Shown piece after piece: positions 9,065 through 20,600 of a stretch of 64,000 bases of DNA (positions are counted from its first letter, which is position 1; every line of letters begins with the position of its first letter). Made by a program: the position numbers and the translations under genes. A model generated the notes under the pieces. That model saw only the letters and a list, made by a program, of their open reading frames with translations. It searched no databases and had not been told where the DNA came from. The stretch comes from a virus, in the IMG/VR virus record IMGVR_UViG_3300025687_000022. One strand, given 5' to 3'.

Positions 9065-10072
9065 TTATGATATTCTGGCTATTCTAACGGGGATCTGAAT
9101 TTGTGCTCCAGTGGTTCCGCCCTGCACATACACTGTTGTATCAATATAATCAATCGTATTGCTTCCAAAACTTTGGTTTACTGAACCGTAAAGAGTATAT
9201 TCTGGGTCTAATCCGGCTTTGACCGTAAAAGCAACAGCACCAGCAACTCCTCGTGGTCCCCCAATTGCAGAATATGTTTCTTCTGTATTGTTGGAATCTG
9301 AAGTGTAGACGACACCATTTGGAATAACGTTAACTCTAGCTGCCGCATAGTTTTCTAAACCGATAGAAATAGAAGTAGCTGGAGCGGAATCAAGAGTAAA
9401 AGAAATATTTAAACCATTGTTATCGGCAGTATTGTTAAAAACATTATCCACGCCAGAAGAGCCAAGTACAGAACCTATAAAACGACTATCATAAAATACG
9501 TAGAAAAATCTATCAATTAAATTATTGTTTGTTAAATAACTTGTTCTATTCGTAGATGAGCCAACAGGTACATTGCCGAATCCAGTATCTAATCCAGTCT
9601 CCAGAAGAACATATCTACCAGTAGAAGTTCCATTAAGGTTATCAGTCGATCCGCTAGCTCTCAATACAGAGCCGATATTTAAACTTGTTGTATCTTTACT
9701 TGTGTCTGTTAGATAAAATAAGCTTGAAGCAGGGGAAGAACCCTTTCTAGCAATACCAGTACCAATACCAGCTAATTCATTGGTCTTCATTGTTGGAAGG
9801 TAAAGTAAGTCTGTAGCTGTATTTGGTAGTAGTCCGTAGTTAATTCCAGCGTTAACTTGCGTAAACGCTTCAAAAATTGGCGTCTGCAAAATCGTAAGGT
9901 CATAATATGCAGAGCCAGAAGGATGAGTTTTATCGTATAGTGAATAATCAATCTCATCGTCGCCTAGTGCGAACTTGGTAACTCTAAAGTCACCCTGCGC
10001 CATACGACGGCGACCTGTCTCAGTTAAGACAGCATCTAAAATAATGTCGCCAGAATTATCTAAAAAAGCCAT
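9065..10072 (-). CDS. virion (baseplate/tail) structural protein
   Basis: N-terminal AVLTETGRRRMAQGDFRVTKFALGDD resembles a tail-fibre N-terminal attachment segment; paralogous to 16623..17627. Confidence 0.65.
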   Translation of the reverse strand: MAFLDNSGDIILDAVLTETGRRRMAQGDFRVTKFALGDDEIDYSLYDKTHPSGSAYYDLTILQTPIFEAFTQVNAGINYGLLPNTATDLLYLPTMKTNELAGIGTGIARKGSSPASSLFYLTDTSKDTTSLNIGSVLRASGSTDNLNGTSTGRYVLLETGLDTGFGNVPVGSSTNRTSYLTNNNLIDRFFYVFYDSRFIGSVLGSSGVDNVFNNTADNNGLNISFTLDSAPATSISIGLENYAAARVNVIPNGVVYTSDSNNTEETYSAIGGPRGVAGAVAFTVKAGLDPEYTLYGSVNQSFGSNTIDYIDTTVYVQGGTTGAQIQIPVRIARIS

Positions 10073-10090
10073 AAGTGTTCCTCTTTTTAT

Positions 10091-10098
10091 TAAATAGT
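10091..10098 (-). promoter_or_regulatory. putative late-promoter motif ACTATTTA
   Basis: Intergenic, directly upstream of SD (AAGAGG) and ATG 10072. Confidence 0.65.
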
Positions 10099-10112
10099 TT
10101 TGCTTTTCTTTA

Positions 10113-12698
10113 TTAACTGTTCAATCTATAAGTAATGTTTAAATCGATTTTTCGTCCAGTCTTTTTAGATGTTAAACGAATTTTAAATGTTTTATCCCAG
10201 ATTAAATCATCAGCAGTTCCAATAATCAAATTTGCTTTTTGATTTTGTGCTTCATCGCTAAAGTCTATGTTTGTTGTGTCTAAAGCAACTTGGCTTAAGT
10301 TTGGTTGTAGTTGGAATACTTTTTTGAATTCTTTTGATGGGTTATTAAATATTTTTTGATCTAACTCTGATTCAAAAATAATATTATATACAGCAAAGTA
10401 ATAACCACCATCATTAATTAGTTCTGCTTCGTAAATATCTGTTGTATGAGAAAGCACTCTTTGTTCGTTTAAAACTCTAAACAAATAATAGTATTTTTTA
10501 TTTGTTTTAACTGTATCCTCAAAAAAATCTTTTGTGTAAGTTGCATCTTGATTTTCGATTTTTAAGTCTAAAGTTGCAATTAAATTTTGATCAAAATCTG
10601 TTATCGCCATTGGTCTGTCTTCAAGACGATAAATTTCTATGTATCTTGGTTTTGAAATACTTTGTTTTCTGATAATAGACGTTTCTAGTATATCATTTGC
10701 ATTTAGATAATTTTGTTTATAAGTATTATCATCGTTGCTAATCGTAGATGGAAAATGACGATTATTAAATACACCATAAGTAAAATCAAATCCAAGTTTT
10801 TGAGATTGATTGATATTTTGGAATGGGACAACATCCAACTCATTACCTGGGTGTTCTAATACTCGTAGTGTTTTAGAATAAACTGGAATCTCAATAATCT
10901 TCATTACTGGCTGGTAAGATAAATTAAAATCTGCGACGTATTTAAAATCTGAGTATATTTGAGCATTGGTGCCATAGCCTCCCCCCGCTTGTTTATCAAA
11001 TGAATCATTATTGTCACTATCATAAAGTTCGTCTGTTGCTTCATCGGTGCTTGGAGTGTACATTTCTAAGGCATACTGATCAGAAGAATTAGTAAATCCC
11101 AAATCTCGACTTAATAGTAAGTTTGAATATTGGTATTCGATTCCAAATGATAATACATAATAATATACGTTGTATGTGTAATCAGTGTTGTATTTAATTT
11201 GGTTATCAATAAATTCAAATGTTTCTTTTAAATCAGAATTTATAAACCAATAATTTTGTAAAGTGTTTTGAGTATTAGCATCGCCAGAACCGGCACCACC
11301 TATTTTCTCTACTCTATAGGCTATGACTTCTGTATGTCTTTCGGTATCGGAATACAAATCACTAAAATCATTTATGTCGATGTTTGCTGGATTTTTAAGA
11401 AAATCTAATCCACCTTTAAGAGTTTTTGACGATACAATCGTGTTAATGTGTCGGTAAATTCCGCCAGATTCATTTGCGGAAGCTCTGTATGGGTCACTAC
11501 CACCAACAAATAAACATCCAATATCATTACTTTCAAAATTTCTGTAAGCGTAAGTTAGCATCGAAATGTAGTCTATTTCTCTTAAAGTTGTTGTTACCGC
11601 TTCGCTTGCCTTGCTGATACCATCACTAAGCGAGCCAGTATAATATTCTTTATTGAGGACAAACGAAGATTGCTGTGGAGTCAAGCCTTCTATTTCGCCA
11701 GAAAAAGATTTATAAAGCAATTTTATTAATTTAGAAGAAAACTTATTATTTTCTATTTCTTGACCTATTTCGCCCTTTGGTTTACCAGGAAATGAGATCT
11801 TAACATAATAAGGTAGCTTGCTTTCTTGTACTCCAAGATTGTTTAGATTTGTGTTTGCATTATGATCAAACAATACATTTCTTAATTTGTCTTCTGTCCA
11901 AGAAATTGTTGAACTAGACAAAGGAGCACTAAAAACAGCAGATTGCAAATAATCAACAGATAAATTGGTGTTCTTGCTGATTAATGTTTGATTTGTTTCT
12001 TGCTCTGCTTTCGGAATATCTTCTGGTAAGTTCTTGGCATTAAAAACAAATAGCTCATTTATAGCGGGATATGTATTTTCTCTTGAAATGTAATTGATCA
12101 ATTCTTCAGGATATATTGCAGAAATGTCTTCTTGTTTTTCCCACCTTGAAAGATCTTTCATTATTGTATAACTTGGCATCTGAAGTTCAGATGTGTATTG
12201 ACCAACAGTATCTTGATAAAATGGAGAGTATTGTTGATAGCTGTATCCTATTTCTATTACGTCTGTAGCATAGTCGCTTGTTAGCTTGGTTTCTTCTATT
12301 TTAGAATAAGGCATCGATATACTAAGATTCATATTTCTTAAAATAACTTCATTATAAACTGGTGTATAAGTTTTTTTACCGTATGTCCCGCCAAGCCAGA
12401 TAGCTTTCCAATCATCATCATTACGAACTCTTTCATCGTCACCAGTTACACGAACAGCAAAAACTTTATTTGGGTTCAATACAGATTCATTTAAAGTTAC
12501 AGAACCCGACACAACATCAGAAAATACTTTATTAAATGGAGGGTATCTTAAATTTTCTGAACTTAGCGAATCAAATTTTAAAACAGTGCCCTCATCGGAT
12601 GCAACAGATGTCCAGTTACCACCATTGAGTGTTCTAAAAGCGTCAGAAGAGCCAGAAAGTAAGTCGCTACTGATGATTTTAGTTTCAATAGAATTCAT
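10113..12698 (-). CDS. large hypothetical virion protein
   Basis: 861-aa ORF in the structural operon; FN3-like segments (FIDNQIKYNTDYTYNV, EDTVKTNKKYYYLFR). Confidence 0.6.
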   Translation of the reverse strand: MNSIETKIISSDLLSGSSDAFRTLNGGNWTSVASDEGTVLKFDSLSSENLRYPPFNKVFSDVVSGSVTLNESVLNPNKVFAVRVTGDDERVRNDDDWKAIWLGGTYGKKTYTPVYNEVILRNMNLSISMPYSKIEETKLTSDYATDVIEIGYSYQQYSPFYQDTVGQYTSELQMPSYTIMKDLSRWEKQEDISAIYPEELINYISRENTYPAINELFVFNAKNLPEDIPKAEQETNQTLISKNTNLSVDYLQSAVFSAPLSSSTISWTEDKLRNVLFDHNANTNLNNLGVQESKLPYYVKISFPGKPKGEIGQEIENNKFSSKLIKLLYKSFSGEIEGLTPQQSSFVLNKEYYTGSLSDGISKASEAVTTTLREIDYISMLTYAYRNFESNDIGCLFVGGSDPYRASANESGGIYRHINTIVSSKTLKGGLDFLKNPANIDINDFSDLYSDTERHTEVIAYRVEKIGGAGSGDANTQNTLQNYWFINSDLKETFEFIDNQIKYNTDYTYNVYYYVLSFGIEYQYSNLLLSRDLGFTNSSDQYALEMYTPSTDEATDELYDSDNNDSFDKQAGGGYGTNAQIYSDFKYVADFNLSYQPVMKIIEIPVYSKTLRVLEHPGNELDVVPFQNINQSQKLGFDFTYGVFNNRHFPSTISNDDNTYKQNYLNANDILETSIIRKQSISKPRYIEIYRLEDRPMAITDFDQNLIATLDLKIENQDATYTKDFFEDTVKTNKKYYYLFRVLNEQRVLSHTTDIYEAELINDGGYYFAVYNIIFESELDQKIFNNPSKEFKKVFQLQPNLSQVALDTTNIDFSDEAQNQKANLIIGTADDLIWDKTFKIRLTSKKTGRKIDLNITYRLNS

Positions 12699-13639
12699 TA
12701 ATAAGTTCCTGTTGAGGTGCTGGTCGTAGGTGATACACTAACCGAAGTTGATGTTGAAACAGTTGTGGTCGTTGTAGCGGCTTGTCCAGCTAAAGCAGAC
12801 TGCGTTTTTTCTTTCATTGGCGTTGTTTTGTTAAATCTAAAAGTTACTTCTTCTGAAGTTGGAGAAAAATTGTACATCTCGTTAGTATAAGTATCTATAA
12901 AGTTAGTAAAGTTTTCTTCAAAAGTTTCATTTGCCCACTTATTTTGTATGGCTGTAGTTTCTGCTTCAGAGTATTGCACGTCGAAACCAACAAGCATGTC
13001 AAAGATATCATTTGGGTCACTTACGTTTGGCTCTGTATTTTCGTTTGCGAATGTTGGTCTAGCAGTACCACCGTTTTCTGCTGACAGATAATAATAACCG
13101 TCTTCAACTATGCTTGTTATTCCAAATATTCCTTGTTGAAAAGTGACTTTAACTAAATAAGAGCCAACATCTGATGTGTTTCCAGATACTAAATTATAAT
13201 CAATATTTGTATTATTGGAATTCATTTGTAAAACTACAGTCCCAGATGATGATGTTTTTGCTTCGTCGGCACTATCATATGTACCATATGCAATTAACGA
13301 ATTATATGCAAAGCTAAAATTATTTCCATCTATCAAATTAGAATCTGCTATAGAGCCGTTAATATAGGCAACTTTCCAAACTTGATAAAAGCTATTAACT
13401 ATGTCAGCCGTATCTGACGTTGCTAAATTGCCAATTTTTATTTTCGAATTGCCTGATTCTATTTCACTGGTGGCAGTTTGAGTGGTGCTTCTGGTGGCAG
13501 TTTGAGTGGTGCTTCTGGTGGCAGTTTGAGTGGTGCTTCTGGTGGCAGTTTGAGTGGTGCTTCTGGTGGCAGTTTGAGTGGTGCTTGTAGATTGTTCTTT
13601 CAAAGCTTCAGTGGCTGCGGTAGATGGAACTATCGGCAT
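12698..13639 (-). CDS. Thr/Ser-rich putative virion protein with STTQTATR repeats
   Basis: 313 aa with low-complexity Thr-rich N- and C-termini. Confidence 0.65.
   Translation of the reverse strand: MPIVPSTAATEALKEQSTSTTQTATRSTTQTATRSTTQTATRSTTQTATRSTTQTATSEIESGNSKIKIGNLATSDTADIVNSFYQVWKVAYINGSIADSNLIDGNNFSFAYNSLIAYGTYDSADEAKTSSSGTVVLQMNSNNTNIDYNLVSGNTSDVGSYLVKVTFQQGIFGITSIVEDGYYYLSAENGGTARPTFANENTEPNVSDPNDIFDMLVGFDVQYSEAETTAIQNKWANETFEENFTNFIDTYTNEMYNFSPTSEEVTFRFNKTTPMKEKTQSALAGQAATTTTTVSTSTSVSVSPTTSTSTGTY
13467..13586. repeat. perfect 24-bp tandem repeat x5 (ctggtggcagtttgagtggtgctt)
   Basis: Five identical adjacent copies read directly; encodes STTQTAT[R/S] on the minus strand. Confidence 0.97.
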
Positions 13640-13640
13640 T

Positions 13641-14303
13641 TTAATAACTCCTCACAACTGTTTGGGTAGCAATAGCCATTTGGCTTGTAACTGTTTGAGT
13701 CGTAGTCGCACTAGTGGTGCCAGCTATCGCGCTCGTAGTTCCAATATCTGTAAATTGTTTTAAACTAGAGCTACTGCTTGAGTTTAAAGTTGCAATATCA
13801 GAAGCTGTTGATAACAGTTTGGTTCCTGTCTCTAACTTACTTTGGTTTAATCTTTCGGTTAGTTTATCTTTTGACTCTGTTGTGTCAGCTGATGTTTCAA
13901 AAATGGGATCATCTGAGAAAGTAAAAGATTTTGAAACAGATAGCCCAGCATTGCCTCCTATTCTAACAGATAATGCAGAACTACTATCAATATTTGGATT
14001 GTTTATTTTTGTGTTATTCGTTTGATCAGAAACTAAAGAATAATCTTTTCCTTGGTCTTTCGAAACAACAGCACCGAGAGCTTCAAAAAACAAAATAGAC
14101 TGCAAAGAAGAATTATCCGATTGTGAGCCATCTGCAAATAATTTTTGAGATGTTTTTGCTATTTTCGCCTCACTACTTCCTCTTTCATATTCTACACCGT
14201 TTACTGTTATTGTCTTTTGGCGGAAAGCAGTGCTTTCTAAAGATACTGTCTGATCTATAGATTCAGGATTTAATACATTTGATAAATTAGCGGTTATTGG
14301 CAT
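13641..14303 (-). CDS. Ser/Thr-rich hypothetical virion protein
   Basis: 220 aa with a Thr-rich C-tail; MPI start and terminal Tyr like its neighbour. Confidence 0.6.
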   Translation of the reverse strand: MPITANLSNVLNPESIDQTVSLESTAFRQKTITVNGVEYERGSSEAKIAKTSQKLFADGSQSDNSSLQSILFFEALGAVVSKDQGKDYSLVSDQTNNTKINNPNIDSSSALSVRIGGNAGLSVSKSFTFSDDPIFETSADTTESKDKLTERLNQSKLETGTKLLSTASDIATLNSSSSSSLKQFTDIGTTSAIAGTTSATTTQTVTSQMAIATQTVVRSY

Positions 14304-14304
14304 T

Positions 14305-16635
14305 TTATTCAGTTGTCCTTTCTGCTGTTTTCTCCGTTGATGTTAATTCTGACTCTGACTCTGACTCTGGCGGAACAAAAGTGGTAGTAAGTTGGAACCC
14401 ATTCCTTAAAATTGTTTTATCTTCAGTGATTGCCGCGTTGAAAAGCGCCACTACAAATTCAAAATTATTTACTACAGTTGAAAATTTATCTTGAAATGAT
14501 TCAATCGCTTCAAGATTTCCGTTGATTGGATTTATTGTTTGTGAAATTTGAAGTGCTTTTTCAGTAACTTTCTCTATATCATTATCAAATAAGTTGTAGT
14601 ATAAATCAAGAATCATACAATACATAAATGGGGCGGTGTACCACGGAGCAGAACTTGGCTTATCTTGATATTGTGCCGAAGCTGATTCTCTAAAAAATCT
14701 GTTAAATTTTCCAAGATTTTCGTTAAATGCACCATTATCGCTTGCATAATCATAATATTGTTGTAATTCCTCTGATGTATCTTGGAGTTTTTGTAGTATT
14801 GTGTTTGCAATTGTTGCTGTGCGATCTTTTATAACAACTTGGAAAGATAGAATAGGAGTATCATTTATGTTTTTTGCGTAATCAAGAATCTCAAACGACA
14901 TTAGACGATAGTTTTTAATCGCTAAATCATCTACTCCGTTTAAACTTGGATCTAAATACTGACGGTATATAACGCTACTTGCGTACCCAAAAAGATATCC
15001 ATACGTACCAGGATAATCAGAAATTGTTGTTGTTCCATCAGAATTAACTATTTCAACTGTTCCTTGTAATTCTTCATCCGAATAATAATAAGGAGTTCCA
15101 GAATAATTTGTATCGCTCGTAAACTGCTTTAGATAATACGATATTGCTTGCTGTGTGGAGTCGTCTTGATTTAACTGATCTCTAGCATAAATCTTTTCTG
15201 ATATAGGATAAGCTGAGCCAGTTGCGAAAGAAGAACCGTAAATTGCTTTTAAAGAAGAATCCGAATCGTTAGTTTCGTATCGATAAACCCAACAAGACTC
15301 AACAAAAAATGTATTGAAATCTATTTCAATGCCATAGTTTTTTAGTTTATTTACATTTAAAATTTTTGAGATATTTGAAGTTCTTTGCAGCGCTTTTTCA
15401 TAGTCAAAATATATTCTTCCAAAAATAACGTGCGAGGGAACGTCGTAAGATGTATCAGCACATTCATACATTGACAACTGAGAATCGGTATAAATGTAAG
15501 TGTCTGTTAAGTCTGTGTCGTGAATATTATTAGGTTCTGCTTCCGATGTATCACCTATTTCTCTTAAGTCACTTATTTTAGAATCATAAAGAACTTGTTT
15601 TATTAATTTAGCATTCTGTTGAACTGAATTGTTTGATAATACCAGTCTTTTTCTATAGTTTTTATAAAACTTGCCGATTGGCTTTGCGGGGGACTTATCT
15701 GGATAAACTCTTGCGATTTGATTTAGCTGAATTAATAAATCCGCACTCTCACCGTATGTTGCGAGAACAGACGAAACATTATCCATAATATCTTTTAGTT
15801 TTGAATAGCGCTCGCCTTGTTCGTAAAAAGATTGATATTCATCAAGTAGATTTTGAAATTTATCAACAACTTGTTGGTGTGTAATAGTTTCAGTTTTATA
15901 AGCAGAGCCGTTTAAAGAAATCAAAGGTGTTTCGCTGTAAAGATTACCTTCTGCATCCAAGTATTCCGCTTTGGCTCCGCTGGACAACCCACTATCATTA
16001 AAAATGGACTCATACGATACTTCACTTGTTTGAAAATCAAGAAGCTGTAAATTATCCATTTGTTCTGGAAATGTGTCTTCGCTATATTCATACACACTGC
16101 TAAAAGCAATAATCTGTAAAGAAGCGACATTGCTCCAACCGTCTAATTTTATATACATTTGTTTGTCAAGATTAATTGATTGAGAAAAATCATATTTTCT
16201 GATTTCATTCCCCGATTCGTCATACGCGATATTAGAATCACTTGAAATTTCAATTTGTGTTAGAAAAATAGGAGTTGGTGCGTCGGCAGATCCAGAAGAG
16301 TAATAAACCATAAAAGGATTTATTTCTTTGCTTATTACTGATTGATATAAACTATCGCCGTTTGAGCCAGTTTGGCTAATTCTTCCATCGACTGACGACA
16401 TAAAAACCGCAACATAATAGTACAAAGAATCATTCAGAATACTGGCAATCGAATCTTTATCTTGCTTAATTTCGCCATCATCATAAAAATACGCATCGTC
16501 ATAATTGCTAATAAAAATAGAACCGTTTATCGTAAGCGAAAGATCGTCTTGTAGTTCCATTTTTTCAATATAAGGTGCTGGAAGGTATTTTCCAGTATTA
16601 TTAATGATGTCGCCCGTTAGCGTTAAGTCTGACAT
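14305..16635 (-). CDS. large hypothetical virion protein
   Basis: 776-aa acidic ORF within the structural operon. Confidence 0.6.
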   Translation of the reverse strand: MSDLTLTGDIINNTGKYLPAPYIEKMELQDDLSLTINGSIFISNYDDAYFYDDGEIKQDKDSIASILNDSLYYYVAVFMSSVDGRISQTGSNGDSLYQSVISKEINPFMVYYSSGSADAPTPIFLTQIEISSDSNIAYDESGNEIRKYDFSQSINLDKQMYIKLDGWSNVASLQIIAFSSVYEYSEDTFPEQMDNLQLLDFQTSEVSYESIFNDSGLSSGAKAEYLDAEGNLYSETPLISLNGSAYKTETITHQQVVDKFQNLLDEYQSFYEQGERYSKLKDIMDNVSSVLATYGESADLLIQLNQIARVYPDKSPAKPIGKFYKNYRKRLVLSNNSVQQNAKLIKQVLYDSKISDLREIGDTSEAEPNNIHDTDLTDTYIYTDSQLSMYECADTSYDVPSHVIFGRIYFDYEKALQRTSNISKILNVNKLKNYGIEIDFNTFFVESCWVYRYETNDSDSSLKAIYGSSFATGSAYPISEKIYARDQLNQDDSTQQAISYYLKQFTSDTNYSGTPYYYSDEELQGTVEIVNSDGTTTISDYPGTYGYLFGYASSVIYRQYLDPSLNGVDDLAIKNYRLMSFEILDYAKNINDTPILSFQVVIKDRTATIANTILQKLQDTSEELQQYYDYASDNGAFNENLGKFNRFFRESASAQYQDKPSSAPWYTAPFMYCMILDLYYNLFDNDIEKVTEKALQISQTINPINGNLEAIESFQDKFSTVVNNFEFVVALFNAAITEDKTILRNGFQLTTTFVPPESESESELTSTEKTAERTTE

Positions 16636-17627
16636 ATCTCAGGCTCCGTTCTCGATCCGTAAATATCGTAAAATGCTTCTTCTTGAGCTTGCTGGTCGCA
16701 GTCAAAATCTAAATCAATATAATAGCTTTCTTTATTAAAGATTTCTGCTCCTTTGCAAGCAAGTCTTTGTTCAACTTCACTATCTAAGAGAGTGTCAAAA
16801 TAATACTCAACGCTATCAGTTGTTATTTCATCAACTGGTAAAACTTGGGCAACTTCTGACATTAGAAAGCCGTTTTGTATTTGTGGTATTTCTTTTCTGA
16901 AAAACTTACGCTCCAGTTGTTCTCTTGAGCCAGCAGCCGAAGATGATAATATTAAAAATACTTCAATATCAAAATTTTGTGTAAGGTTTTCTGTGTTTAG
17001 CTCTTCAATATAAAACAAAGGATCATCAGATACAAGTTTTAAAACTTTTTGATCTATAAATTGATTTGAATAAGAGTTCAATTCTCGTAGTTCTCGTGCG
17101 CGTAAATTAAAGATAGGTTCCGATACTTGTATTGAATAATTTGCATCTATGTTTAATTGCGGAATCTTTGTGTCGTTTACAGTATCACTCTGCGTTGAAG
17201 AAGAAATCTGATTTTGTAAAGCAACGATCTTCCAAGCAGGAGTATAGTTTGTTTCTCCATCTAAAAAGGCGTCACCAATCTGAGAATCAAACTTAAAAAT
17301 ATCAGACGCTGGAACTTTAGATCTTGAAGACGGAGTTAGTTTGTCGTTTGGACTTGGCTCCTCGCCAACTGACGTTTTTAATGTTTCTTCAACGTCTCTA
17401 AAGAGCACAAGAGATTCAATATACTGCGTTTCATTTTTTATACGAGCATGTACATCATTTTGTTTTTCTGACGCGCTAGAATAGGCATAGCGACGGTCAT
17501 AAAGCACATTATCGTCATAGAAAGCATAATGAGTTGGCTTAAACTTGCCAACTGATAGAAGATAGTGCCCATAGGAGGTAAGTTTTAAATCAAAAACCTG
17601 TTCTTTTTTGTTTACAAACTTCGCCAT
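16623..17627 (-). CDS. virion structural protein, paralogue of 9065..10072
   Basis: DLKLTSYGHYLLSVGKFKPTHYAFYDDNVLYD aligns by eye with DAVLTETGRRRMAQGDFRVTKFALGDDEIDY. Confidence 0.6.
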   Translation of the reverse strand: MAKFVNKKEQVFDLKLTSYGHYLLSVGKFKPTHYAFYDDNVLYDRRYAYSSASEKQNDVHARIKNETQYIESLVLFRDVEETLKTSVGEEPSPNDKLTPSSRSKVPASDIFKFDSQIGDAFLDGETNYTPAWKIVALQNQISSSTQSDTVNDTKIPQLNIDANYSIQVSEPIFNLRARELRELNSYSNQFIDQKVLKLVSDDPLFYIEELNTENLTQNFDIEVFLILSSSAAGSREQLERKFFRKEIPQIQNGFLMSEVAQVLPVDEITTDSVEYYFDTLLDSEVEQRLACKGAEIFNKESYYIDLDFDCDQQAQEEAFYDIYGSRTEPEICQT

Positions 17628-17630
17628 TTA

Positions 17631-20600
17631 CTATCCTTGATCATCTTCTTTATACAGTACATCAGCGCTGATTTTAATTGTCTCTACAAAAGATACATAG
17701 TCATAAGGCCAATTGTACTCTAACTTGTAAGTGTCTTTTGACAAATCATCTTTGTTTTTCTGAGTTTCATTTTTAGCTGCGTTTGTCTGAGAAGACGGAG
17801 TAGAGGAGCCAGCCTGAGATGGTATTAAATCTGCATATTTTGCTTGGCTTCTTTGTTTTACTTTAAAAACCATCCATCGAGTGTTTGAATTATTTATATC
17901 GTCAGCAGTTAGTAATTCATTGTCACCAAGAGTATGAGCAGTAGAAGAAACTGTTTTTGTTATCTTCTTATAGTTTCTTGGTGCCAAGTTCTGCCAAATG
18001 TAATTTAAATCATCTTTATCAAACTTGTATTCAAACTCAAAGAAATACATTACCATTGGATCTGCATCTGGATTATTTAAGAAATCAAATTGAGGTGGTA
18101 GAATGTATTGTTGCATTGCTTCAACTTGTCTTCTGATGGACTCGCCCGCGTAATCAAGGGAGTCTCCCTCTGACGATCCTATTGCGCTTTGCAAGCTAGC
18201 TTCGATTCTTGCTTGATCAATCTCAAAGAATGTTTTTGTTGCGCCACTAGATTCTTCTTGGTAAGGAACTGCAACAATAGCTTCTTTAATTGTTTTGCTT
18301 TCAGCTAACTGACCAAGCTTAACTGAAACATTTTCTTCTGTAAAGTTTATAACGTCAGTAAGCGGCTTCATTGTCTGGAACATATTGTTTCCGTTTCCAG
18401 CAGCATCATTTTTATTGTAGATACTGTTGTTGTCAATAACGTCATAATGCCCGCGTAGCCAATCAGAAGGAATATCGCCAATTTCTAAGAAGATTCCTTT
18501 TGTCTCATCTGGTTCCACCACACCAAACTGATGCCAAATGCCTCGTGGAGCCGAATGAGATGCATAAGTTGGAACCGAGAAAGTTGAATTTGCATCTGTA
18601 ATTGGTCTAACACCTTTGTTGTTGAAGTTAGGCATTGGAGTTTCCATTTTTGGCTGGATAACCCAACGCGAGCCAACATACTCGTCTTCAGATAGTACTT
18701 CGTTGCCAAAGTTATCGGTTCTAACTTTCTGGATTCTTTCAACGCCAAATGATGCAATACTTGCGCTTAATTGCATCGCGTTAGCATTAACGTTTTTGCC
18801 GTCGTAAATTAAATCACCGTATGTTGCAGAGCTACCAGAGAAAGCTATGTTTCCGCTAAGGGTTCCAATCAACTGCGTACCTGTCCAGTTAGTGATGTTT
18901 GGTCCACTTGGGACAGAAGAAGCTGATGGACCTGGATCACATCTCCAATACTTTGTTTTTGCTTCTGAAAGAATCTTTTCAAGATCGTAAGATTCGCCAG
19001 CATTTGGCTCGAAAACAATATCAAGCCAAGCTTCACCGTTGTAATAAGGGGGCGTATAGGACCAGTTAAATCCGTTTAGCGAATCTATTGGGTGAGATGC
19101 TGTAATATAAGATCCAGAAGCTTCTCCTAAATCTGGTCTACCTGCTATCGGAGGACCGAAAGCGCTTGGACGACTGTAAAGAGTGAACGACTCTTGGAAT
19201 TCATCGGCAGAAAGCTGTCTTGGATCCTGTGGTAGTGGATATGTTCTTCTATTAACAAATGTGTTGGCACCTGAGTCATAGAATCTCGCACCGTAAGTGC
19301 TGTACGCAGAGTTGTTGCCTGCCGCGCCAGATTCGCTCGTATAAATTCTACTACCGCTAACAGACCTTCTTAGTTTTAGTCTTGCACCGTAAATGCTCCC
19401 AGATTCAAATCTTAAATCATTTGAAACAACATCAGATTGCAATCTTGTGTATTGAGAATCCTTCAAGAAAAAGTTAGCCATTTCACCAAAGTAGTTAGAA
19501 GCCATTCTGGTGTAAAGATCATCAATCTCGTTTACAGTAAACGAAGCCGTTGCATCTAGCGATGCAGATGGGTGAGGTTCCATATCAAGGAAAGTCAAAC
19601 CAGCAATATGTTTTTCTGGTCGAATAATAGCTTCAAATGGGATTCGTTTCTGCCAAACAGAGCCACCTTGATAATCTGTTGGTCCAGAGCCAGTAATAGT
19701 TGTTAACATCCACTGTGCAGTATCGTCTGTGCTACTAACAGTTCCAAAATGATTTTTGGAAAGTTTGGTTAAAGTTGAGCCGATAGGGTAATCAACAGCC
19801 ATACCAGATTTAATGGTGTTGTAAAGAATGCCTGGGGCGAACAAAGGCTGGACCAATGGTCTAACACCGCCGTCTGTGCCATTGGCAATATTTGCACTAT
19901 TGTTGAAAGCTTGGATTGATTTTCCATAAGAATTTTTAAACTGCTCAACAAGATCAGCGCTTCTTTGTGCAGGATAAAAACCCTTGTAAGGCATTAGTCT
20001 AATCGACGCGCTACAAGCTAATCTAATTTCTTTTGGTGCCAAGCCTGTCTTGTTAGAAATGTTAGCAAATCCTTCCATAAACTCGGCATTTGAATAATCA
20101 TTATAAAAGTTTGTTTGAGAACTATCAATGCCAGTTCCAACGACCTCAAAAGTATCTTTTGTTCTGCCAAGTCCAAATTTTCTATAATCAGAAATGTGTT
20201 CGCTTAATCTAAACTCTGGAACAACAGCGTAACCTTTGCTGACCAAAGAAAGTTCTTCTTTATAAGAATCATAATCATCAAACCACGGTTCAGAAGGATA
20301 AGAAACAAACTCATTTGTTGAACCGCTCTTTTGTATAATGCCCGCATTTGCTGGAGCATCCCAGAAAGCTTCACCAGCAAAACGATCATAGTTATTAAAC
20401 TGAGCAGAAACGCTACCCTTGACAATAGATCCTGTTTCTGGGATTGGAATGCCAGAAGGTGAAACAACAGAACCTGGGGCACCAAGAAGATGCTTTCTTG
20501 AATAAAGGGCGCTTATTGCCCTGTTTCTGATCTTTGTTTGTGTGTTTAAAGACGCTGTTGTGTAGTGGGCGTGTAGATACTCATTTTGCAACTCACCGGC

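Noticed and set aside
13467-13586. 24-bp repeats as a CRISPR array
   Set aside because: Units are directly adjacent with no spacers and lie in frame within a coding sequence.
13478-13669. Plus-strand ORF with SGASGGSL repeats
   Set aside because: Antisense shadow of the STTQTATR repeat; no SD, and opposite to the uniform gene orientation.
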